From contig JBMNIW010000001.1 of NCBI GenBank assembly GCA_050951325.1, positions 64,001 through 128,000 of the forward strand: DNA of 64,000 nucleotides, written 5' to 3'. The position numbers and the translations under genes are program-made. The stretch comes from Clostridia bacterium. GTDB taxonomy: Bacteria; Bacillota; Clostridia; UBA1212; DUPL01. The notes below the pieces were generated by a model. It worked only from the letters and a program-made list of their open reading frames with translations. It did no database searches and had not been told where the DNA came from. The stretch's first letter is position 1, and the number at the start of each line of letters is the position of its first letter. Shown piece by piece: positions 57,048-64,000 of the stretch.

Positions 57048-59549
57048 TTATACCGTATCTTTCTTCTTTATAAACACTATATAAACCACAACTCCCAGAA
57101 CAACAAGCAAAACACCAAGTACGGCCGCTACAACGTAAATAATCATTGAAGAATCAAAGATATCAGTATTTGTCTTAAATGTATCTTCCAACTGAAACTC
57201 AGGCCAGGTGAAAGGCCCTTTCGGCAGATTTGAACCTGCAGCATACACAGCGGCAATTTCCGTTCTCTTCGTTGGACCAAACTCAACTATTGCCCATTTG
57301 CTGTCTCCTGATTCGAAAAGTTCGCAATCAACTTCCTTGCCGTTTACTTGAATCTTGCATACTGTTGTGTCAATTGGGAAGGGACCAAAACGCATCCTGG
57401 CCTTCTCAACGGCATCTTCATCAGAGAACTGCAGAACCGCCAGCTGCACTCCATCTTTTGGATATGTCACATTTAATGCCAGACGAGCATTTGTAGCCTC
57501 AATCGGCATCTGTGCAATTTCCATACCCCACTCATTTGGCAGTCTGGGGAATATTTTCAACACTCCTTCATCGTTGAAAGATACACCAATTGCTGTATGA
57601 TAGCTTCTCAAAGTCTCTACCATTTGATAAAGGTTGCCCAGGTCCCCGCTCTTAACATACAGTCTATTAACAGGGTCATAGGTGAATTTTTCCGGCGCCA
57701 TATATGGGTTGTCCCTTTTTGGAGCATAGCAAACTTTAGTAAGGTTTTCTAAAAACTTTGTTGCATCCTCCATATGGTCAGTCAAAAGGGCATTTTGAGT
57801 CATGATGCAATGGTTGTATCCAAGGCCACCCAATCCACCATGGTAGTCAACTAATGCAACAGACTTGACACCATCGGGATACGTGTTGTATGAATACTCG
57901 AGCCAATCCTGTTGTGGTATGTCATCTCTGTCAAAACCGTACACGTCTGTAAGCATTGAAATGACAGGATCATGCAGAAAACCAATGCTGAAGGACCACT
58001 TGTTGTTTTTTAGCATGTATCCCTCTATTCCCTTTTTCATAAAATCTGCTGTTTCTTTCCAAGCTTTAGCCTCGTCATGCTTTCCTATTGCTTCTGCCAT
58101 TTCAGCATAACAAAGCAGTCCCAAATAGCAGGGTGCATTGCAGTACAATGTATACTCCTGCATTCCGCCTTCAGACTCAGCGTATAAAAGACCTTTTGTA
58201 GCAAAGGAGAGCTTGGGATGCTCAAAACACCACAAAATCCACTCACATGCTTCGTTTATGTAAACCCAGTTCTTTTCTACCCAGTCTTTTGGTTTGCCCA
58301 TGGATTTCCATACTCTGTAGTTTCCTATCATCATAAGTCCATGGCCGTCGGTTTCCTGGTTTCCAATATTCTTGTACTCGTCACCAAAAGCTTTTTTTGT
58401 ATAGGCGGTAGGCCATCCTCTAGGAACAAGTACTTCAGAGTAATTGAGCGGGTCATTTATTTTTACAGTAAAATGTCCAGGTATTTGAACTCCACCTATA
58501 GTAAGATTGTTTTCTCTGAAAAACATCATCTTTTTGTTGGCATAGCTTACAGCCCTGTCGGCAAGATCCTTGTAGCCAAAGGATGTAAGTACTGTAAAAC
58601 TTCTGTTACGTGTAAAAAAGCTTCCATGAAACGGACCACCTTCGGGCTTCCATGTTCCAAAACTATCATGGAAAAGAGGCGCATTTTTATAAGATTCATG
58701 AAGTAGTCCCTCTTCATCCACTCTTTCAGACAAACTTTTTAAGTTGTAATAAAATACACCGTTTGCAATTTTAGCAAGATTGTTTCCATAAAAACGGACT
58801 TTCACACCGGAGTGATTCTTTCCATACTCAAAAGGAACAGGTTCTTTTGTATAATCTTCTTCAAAGGTATAAAGCTCTTTTCTGATATCATCTATTGCCT
58901 TTTTTACATCGTCGGGATATGGATTTTGAGAATCAACCACATATTTCTCATAAAACTCTTCCTTTGTATAGACGGTCTCTGCTCCACCTCTCAGCTGATT
59001 AACTTCACCCGACACCACATATGCACCTTTAATTACAGGATGACCAGACTTTTCCGCATTGTCTATCATCTCAATTTTTTTGACCTTCTCATTTCTAAGC
59101 TTTATCTTCAGAACGCAATTTTCTTGACCATCAAACGCACCGTTAAGATGCAAAGCCTCCTTTAGAAGGTTTGCCATTTTTTCATCCTTCTCTTCGCCAT
59201 CAAAAGGAGCTTTGTATTCCTTCCAATTGTTGTAATACCAAAGGGTGTAGCCAAAAATTAAAGGAACCTTGTCCACCGTTCCACTTTCATAAGTAATTGC
59301 AATATCACCCATTCGATCTCCAATAAGCCTTATTTCGCTGTAACTGGCAGTACCCCAGATATCTGTTCCGCTGTCAATGGAGTGATAACCACCTACCACA
59401 TACAGATACTCAATATCTCCTTCGTTTCCTTGTGCGACATATGGCAGGCTTACCCATCTACTATCTGATGAATCAGCATTAGCCATGAGAATCCCCAGAC
59501 CAAATGCCAGCAAGCACACGAATAATAACAACAACTTCCTTTTACTCAT
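57048..59549 (-). CDS. secreted membrane-anchored protein, probable six-hairpin glycosidase-like
   Basis: Signal peptide, NQETDGHG, LYAESEGG, YLGLLCYAEMAEAIG helical pattern, C-terminal TM + KKK. Confidence 0.5.
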   Translation of the reverse strand: MSKRKLLLLFVCLLAFGLGILMANADSSDSRWVSLPYVAQGNEGDIEYLYVVGGYHSIDSGTDIWGTASYSEIRLIGDRMGDIAITYESGTVDKVPLIFGYTLWYYNNWKEYKAPFDGEEKDEKMANLLKEALHLNGAFDGQENCVLKIKLRNEKVKKIEMIDNAEKSGHPVIKGAYVVSGEVNQLRGGAETVYTKEEFYEKYVVDSQNPYPDDVKKAIDDIRKELYTFEEDYTKEPVPFEYGKNHSGVKVRFYGNNLAKIANGVFYYNLKSLSERVDEEGLLHESYKNAPLFHDSFGTWKPEGGPFHGSFFTRNRSFTVLTSFGYKDLADRAVSYANKKMMFFRENNLTIGGVQIPGHFTVKINDPLNYSEVLVPRGWPTAYTKKAFGDEYKNIGNQETDGHGLMMIGNYRVWKSMGKPKDWVEKNWVYINEACEWILWCFEHPKLSFATKGLLYAESEGGMQEYTLYCNAPCYLGLLCYAEMAEAIGKHDEAKAWKETADFMKKGIEGYMLKNNKWSFSIGFLHDPVISMLTDVYGFDRDDIPQQDWLEYSYNTYPDGVKSVALVDYHGGLGGLGYNHCIMTQNALLTDHMEDATKFLENLTKVCYAPKRDNPYMAPEKFTYDPVNRLYVKSGDLGNLYQMVETLRSYHTAIGVSFNDEGVLKIFPRLPNEWGMEIAQMPIEATNARLALNVTYPKDGVQLAVLQFSDEDAVEKARMRFGPFPIDTTVCKIQVNGKEVDCELFESGDSKWAIVEFGPTKRTEIAAVYAAGSNLPKGPFTWPEFQLEDTFKTNTDIFDSSMIIYVVAAVLGVLLVVLGVVVYIVFIKKKDTV

Positions 59550-59675
59550 ATTCTCCTCCCTATTTTACATGTCGATTATATTATATCTACCCTAATAAAT
59601 AATTCCAGTTCATTATGTATAATTACATATACAATTCAGACATATTTTATTACATTCTATTAACAGACAATATGA

Positions 59676-59703
59676 AAAATCAGGGGTGCAATCATTGCAC
59701 CCC
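59676..59703 (-). terminator. terminator after cdd
   Basis: GGGGTGCAAT-c-ATTGCACCCC plus T run on the minus strand. Confidence 0.75.
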
Positions 59704-59710
59704 CAACCTT

Positions 59711-60100
59711 TTATTCTAATTTAAAGCCTTTAGGAAGCAGGTCTTTTAATTTGTATACTTCGTAGTTTTCCTCATCCTTTGCAACAATAATTTCAAACTC
59801 ATTCTCATCACAAAACTCCTGCATTACCTGCCGACAAACACCGCAAGGATAACAAAGTTCATTATTCCCACCTACTACAACAATCCTTTTAAAATCATAA
59901 ACTCCTTCTGAAACCGCTTTAAAAAAAGCAGTCCTTTCAGCACAATTCGTGGGTGTATACGCTGCATTTTCAATATTGCAGCCCGTATAAACCACATCAT
60001 TTCCTGCTACAAGGGCCGCTCCCACTTTAAAATTTGAATAGGGAGAATAGGCATATTCCTTTGCATTGAAGGCAAGCTTAATCAAATCACGCACACTCAT
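59711..60100 (-). CDS. cdd: cytidine deaminase (tetrameric type)
   Basis: AYSPYSNFKVGAA, GCNIENA, CAERTA, PCGVCRQ. Confidence 0.97.
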   Translation of the reverse strand: MSVRDLIKLAFNAKEYAYSPYSNFKVGAALVAGNDVVYTGCNIENAAYTPTNCAERTAFFKAVSEGVYDFKRIVVVGGNNELCYPCGVCRQVMQEFCDENEFEIIVAKDEENYEVYKLKDLLPKGFKLE

Positions 60101-60103
60101 AAC

Positions 60104-60709
60104 TCAAAACTCCTTTTTCTCATAAATCCTTATGGATACAAGTATGGATACAAGGTTCGCTGTAATAGCCACAGGTATAATATACGCAAGTAAGTCATAA
60201 GGGTCAAGCATCAAGCCCTTTGAAATCTTGTCAGAAAGATACATTAAGCCAAAAACCACAACAGCAGTCAGTGCAAGAAAAACCAGTCTTCCCTTTTCAA
60301 CTCCGAACTTGTACATAAACGGCAAATGAACAGCCAGATAAAAAAGAGCAATGCACACAAGCACGCCAATTTCATAAAAATATCCAAGCTCAGGCACACT
60401 ACCTTTAATGTTGGCATAGACAACATGAGCAGTTACTGTCAGTAAAGAAGCCAGGATCAGCCCCGCATAACCCATAATGTATTTACTAAGTACAATACTT
60501 TTCTTTGTATATGGAAGCATTGCTGCATATCTGTCCCATTTGGCTCTTTCATCATATCCCAGAATCGATACAGGCAGCATTACTGCATACAAAATGACAA
60601 ATGGAGCCATTGATGTTCCAGGAAGCAGTGCCATAAACAAAAGCACTAACAGAAAGAATCTGACTTGTTTAATCAAAGTATAAAAATCTTTTAAAAGCAA
60701 CCCTTTCAC
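60104..60709 (-). CDS. ABC-2 type permease
   Basis: MKGLLLKD, 6 TM, LPYTKKSIVLSKY. Confidence 0.88.
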   Translation of the reverse strand: MKGLLLKDFYTLIKQVRFFLLVLLFMALLPGTSMAPFVILYAVMLPVSILGYDERAKWDRYAAMLPYTKKSIVLSKYIMGYAGLILASLLTVTAHVVYANIKGSVPELGYFYEIGVLVCIALFYLAVHLPFMYKFGVEKGRLVFLALTAVVVFGLMYLSDKISKGLMLDPYDLLAYIIPVAITANLVSILVSIRIYEKKEF

Positions 60710-61563
60710 TTGTAATTCTCCTCCCTGTATTTGTGCATAAATACAAATATGTCCTCAATCGTAGGTTTTTCAATCTTGACTGTCTTGGGGGTTTTCTCCC
60801 TAAACACAAGAGCATCAATCCCATATGGAGTCTCCCTTTTACTTACAATCGCATTCTTAGGTACAACCCCGAACTCGCTTCTTGTTGCGTGTACAATCCC
60901 ATATTTGTATAAAAGCGTATCCTTTTCTTCACATAAAACAAGTTTGCCTTTGTGGAGAAAAGCCACATAGTCACAAATCTTCTCCAAGTCACCGGTTATG
61001 TGGGAAGATATTACAATACTGTTTTCCTCATCCCTTGTAAACTCATTTAAAATATCGAGTATCTCGTCTCTTACGATAGGATCAAGGCCACTGGTTGGCT
61101 CGTCGAGTACCAAAAGCCTGCTCTTATGTGATAAGGCCACGCTAATTGACAGCTTCATCTTCATACCTCTGGAGTAATCCTTGAAAACTTTGTCAGGAGG
61201 CAGCGAAAATCTATCCATATAACCGAAGAATCTATCCTCTTCCCAATTCATGTAGGTACGTTTCATAATATTATTTACCTGTTTTGCATTCAAGACTTCC
61301 GGAAATAACGCCTCATCAAGGACAACGCCAATCTCTTCCTTGACTTTTACAAAGCTTTTGCTTGTATTATCACAACCCAAAACCTTAACAACTCCCGAGT
61401 CTCTTTTAATTGAATTCATTATGAGTTTCATGGTAGTACTCTTTCCTGCACCGTTGTCTCCAACAAGGCCCATGATATAGCCTTTCGGCAGCTGGAAAGA
61501 TACATTGTCCAGTTTAAAACCCGGATATTTTTTCACCAAATTTCTAACCTCAATGGCATTCAT
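60706..61563 (-). CDS. ABC transporter ATP-binding protein (YtrB-like)
   Basis: GDNGAGKST, YSRGM, LDEPTSGLD, SSH. Confidence 0.95.
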   Translation of the reverse strand: MNAIEVRNLVKKYPGFKLDNVSFQLPKGYIMGLVGDNGAGKSTTMKLIMNSIKRDSGVVKVLGCDNTSKSFVKVKEEIGVVLDEALFPEVLNAKQVNNIMKRTYMNWEEDRFFGYMDRFSLPPDKVFKDYSRGMKMKLSISVALSHKSRLLVLDEPTSGLDPIVRDEILDILNEFTRDEENSIVISSHITGDLEKICDYVAFLHKGKLVLCEEKDTLLYKYGIVHATRSEFGVVPKNAIVSKRETPYGIDALVFREKTPKTVKIEKPTIEDIFVFMHKYREENYK

Positions 61564-61940
61564 TCCTTATCCACCTCGTACAGAATATTAAACATTTCAA
61601 TTATCTCCTCCTTTGTCAAATCAATTACGGAGGCAAGATCAATTATCTTTTTCATAAACTCCTCTATTTCCTTCAAATGTGCTTCACGAATAAGTTCCAC
61701 ATTCCTTTTCGATACAAAGCAGCCTTTGCCAAGAACCGTGTAAATAAAGCCGTCTTTTTCAAGTTCATCATACGCCCGCTTCGTAGTAATAACACTTATG
61801 CGCAAATCCTTGGCCAGGGAGCGGATGGACGGCAAAGCCTCCCCTTCAAGAAGTCTGCCCTGCATTATCTGTGCCTTTATTTGGTTGTATATCTGCTCAT
61901 ATATGGGCATTTCACTAGTATTACTTATTGATATGTCCAT
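61560..61940 (-). CDS. GntR-family regulator (YtrA subfamily)
   Basis: PIYEQI, LPSIRSLAKDLRISVITTKRAY..LE, GKGCFV; ATG 61940. Confidence 0.95.
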   Translation of the reverse strand: MDISISNTSEMPIYEQIYNQIKAQIMQGRLLEGEALPSIRSLAKDLRISVITTKRAYDELEKDGFIYTVLGKGCFVSKRNVELIREAHLKEIEEFMKKIIDLASVIDLTKEEIIEMFNILYEVDKE

Positions 61941-61954
61941 TTCTTCCCTCCTCA

Positions 61955-62014
61955 ACTGTATATACCGTATATATACAGTATAATCAGTATATACAACTAT
62001 AAAAAACATGTCAA
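61955..62014 (-). promoter_or_regulatory. sigma-A promoter with YtrA-type TGTATA/TATACA inverted repeats
   Basis: TTGACA-N17-TATACT; ACTGTATATA..TATATACAGT inverted repeat at 61955-61979. Confidence 0.7.
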
Positions 62015-62081
62015 GCATAAAATTCAACTTTCCTGAATAAAAGACATATAAATAGAACAGGCAAGGCTGTGGGGGATAAAA

Positions 62082-62591
62082 ATGAAGAAGTCAAAATATT
62101 TTCAAAGAAAGCCCGACCATCCAGTTATCAAGGTCTGCAAGCCAAACTCATATTATGCGAGTCTATTACGAGACAGCTATGCGGGCAGAGACAGTGAAAT
62201 GACAAAGACATGCCAGTATCTTTACCACCATTTTCTCATGTCCGAAATAAACAAGGAGATAGCCGACATATTGTACAATATAGCAAAAGTAGAAATGAAG
62301 CACCTGGAGATGCTTGCAAAACTAATACTTCAGCTGGACGGAGATCCTGTTTTTAAAGGCGGCGAGGAAGGCAAATCCTATTGGAATGCCAGTTATGTCT
62401 ACTACGGCATAAATATTTATGACATGTTGAGAAAGAATCTGGCCAGCGAATACAAGGCACTGAAAAACTACGAAGAGCACTTCCTTATCATACAGGACGA
62501 TTATATAAAAGATGTATTAAAAAGCATAATGGAAGATGAAAATATTCATATAGAACTGCTTAATTCAATTATCAAAGACTACTTCAGATAA
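62082..62591 (+). CDS. ferritin-like / Mn-catalase (CotJC-like) protein
   Basis: SEMT...QY, EMKH and DENIH ExxH motifs. Confidence 0.8.
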   Translation: MKKSKYFQRKPDHPVIKVCKPNSYYASLLRDSYAGRDSEMTKTCQYLYHHFLMSEINKEIADILYNIAKVEMKHLEMLAKLILQLDGDPVFKGGEEGKSYWNASYVYYGINIYDMLRKNLASEYKALKNYEEHFLIIQDDYIKDVLKSIMEDENIHIELLNSIIKDYFR

Positions 62592-62656
62592 ACAATCTTG
62601 ACACAAGCCCTCATTCAATGTAGATTAATAACAGCATAATGAAGAGACGGAGTGTC

Positions 62657-63712
62657 ATGAACAAGTACGATACATTTCTGAGCAAATACGAAGAACTGAA
62701 CGAAGAAGAGTTATTCTACAAACAATACCATATAGCAAAGCAAGACCCGTATAGCCTGAAAGAGTTTCTTCTTACGGTGGACAGAAAGGAAATGGACAAA
62801 CATGGGTACTGGCTTCCCGAGCTTGAATACAAATCATCGGATTACCTCAATGAGCAAATTATTGACAAGAAAGAGGACAATATCAGAGTTTTAATGCACA
62901 ACCGCTACACCCCCATGTTCGTCCACAAGCATGCCTTCTTTGAAATGGTATACATTTACAAGGGTAGTTGTGAAAACATAGTAGGAAACTACAACCTGGC
63001 AATGAAAGAAGGCGACATATGCATAATCGCACCTGATGTTGACCACAAGCTATCTGTATTCAATGACAGCTGCATTGCTTTCAATATTATTATTCGAAGG
63101 AGCACATTCACATCCACTTTCATGGACCTTTTCAATGACGATGCGCTGCTTTCCCTCTTTTTCAACAGAATATTGTGCTCAAAAAATGCAAACAGCTACA
63201 TCATGTTCTCAATAAAAAACGACAAGTACCTTAAGTACCTTTTGAACATGCTGATTGTGGAAGGAATGAAAAAGGACAAGAATTACAAAATTGTCACAGA
63301 AAATCTTTTAAGAAGCGCATTCTGCCTTATGCTTAGAAAAAACAGCGAAACAATCCTTTCAAACACAACACAGGTTTACACACCCATTGTAGTAGACATG
63401 ATAAATTACATACAGGAAAACTTCAGAACAGTATCTTTAAAGGAACTTGCAAACACCTTCAATTACTCACCGGATTATGTGGGAAAACTGATTAAAAACC
63501 ATACAGGAGTTTCATTCATGCAAATCCTGCAGGATGTAAGGTTCAAAAAGGCCTGCAGTCTTCTGGTTTCGACAAACCTGAGAGTAATAGACATATGCTG
63601 TCAGATAGGATATGAATCCGTGGAATTCTTCACACGCAGATTCAAGGAGCTATACGGCAAGACCCCCGCAGAGTACAGAAATCAATCTATTTCTTCTTCC
63701 TTTTCATCCTGA
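62657..63712 (+). CDS. AraC-family regulator with cupin sensor
   Basis: HKHAFFEMVYI, H in cupin domain, C-terminal IGYESVEFFTRRFKELYGKTPAEYR. Confidence 0.92.
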   Translation: MNKYDTFLSKYEELNEEELFYKQYHIAKQDPYSLKEFLLTVDRKEMDKHGYWLPELEYKSSDYLNEQIIDKKEDNIRVLMHNRYTPMFVHKHAFFEMVYIYKGSCENIVGNYNLAMKEGDICIIAPDVDHKLSVFNDSCIAFNIIIRRSTFTSTFMDLFNDDALLSLFFNRILCSKNANSYIMFSIKNDKYLKYLLNMLIVEGMKKDKNYKIVTENLLRSAFCLMLRKNSETILSNTTQVYTPIVVDMINYIQENFRTVSLKELANTFNYSPDYVGKLIKNHTGVSFMQILQDVRFKKACSLLVSTNLRVIDICCQIGYESVEFFTRRFKELYGKTPAEYRNQSISSSFSS

Positions 63713-64000
63713 AATAGTCTTCAGGATAACCATAAACGAAATTACCTTCGTCAAACAGCATGTTTTCCTTGTTTATCTTAATCTGTACCCTCATGAGTAA
63801 TTTCTGAATATTGGCCCTTTCGTGCTCATTAACATCAAACTCTGCACCGTACTCATACAAGCCATTGCCCTCCATCTCATTCATCCAAACAACATAAGCC
63901 AGCGCTGATATCTTTTCTTCCATAATCTCACTTGAAAATACGTAAAAAATGTCCTTACCCACAGGCAGATTCAAATCAGATACAAAACAGAATCCACCAG
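63687..64000 (-). CDS. PilZ-domain protein, C-terminal part (runs off right edge)
   Basis: The frame extends to the edge as xGGFCFVSDLNLPV...YVVW...YEYGAEF, typical of the PilZ barrel after DxSxGG. The RxxxR motif would lie outside the window. Confidence 0.6.
   Translation of the reverse strand, partial: GGFCFVSDLNLPVGKDIFYVFSSEIMEEKISALAYVVWMNEMEGNGLYEYGAEFDVNEHERANIQKLLMRVQIKINKENMLFDEGNFVYGYPEDYFRMKRKKK

Overview
Low-GC Firmicute (Clostridia-like) chromosomal segment dominated by a nearly complete flagellar and chemotaxis gene set on the minus strand: cheC-cheD, cheY-cheA-cheW-MCP-cheW-cheR, flgB...fliA plus an HD-GYP gene, a displaced cheB, and flgF/flgG-yvyF-flgM-flgN-flgK-flgL-yviE-fliW-csrA-flagellin. 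Accessory genes are interspersed: glycoside hydrolases, spore-type proteins, a metal regulator, an MFS and an ABC transporter. The most notable part is the left 5 kb. Directly downstream of flagellin is an operon of two PafBC-like WYL regulators followed by a gene the ORF track missed because it runs off the edge (1563 to <1). It encodes an N-terminal HEPN-like domain (RNLSAH, RxxxxH), a Hanks-type Ser/Thr kinase, one TM helix and an extracellular domain, i.e. a candidate Ire1/RNase L-like receptor kinase-ribonuclease, possibly anti-phage. The flagellin gene is broken only in its central part. The pattern of breaks suggests an assembly consensus of several divergent alleles rather than decay. 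Other oddities are a P-loop-less FlhG, a likely Na+-type stator with a Pro/Thr linker, and a surface-protein gene bracketed by a duplicated 40-bp terminator. No rRNA, tRNA, CRISPR array, transposase or integrase was recognised. All family calls come from motif recognition by eye, not from database searches.
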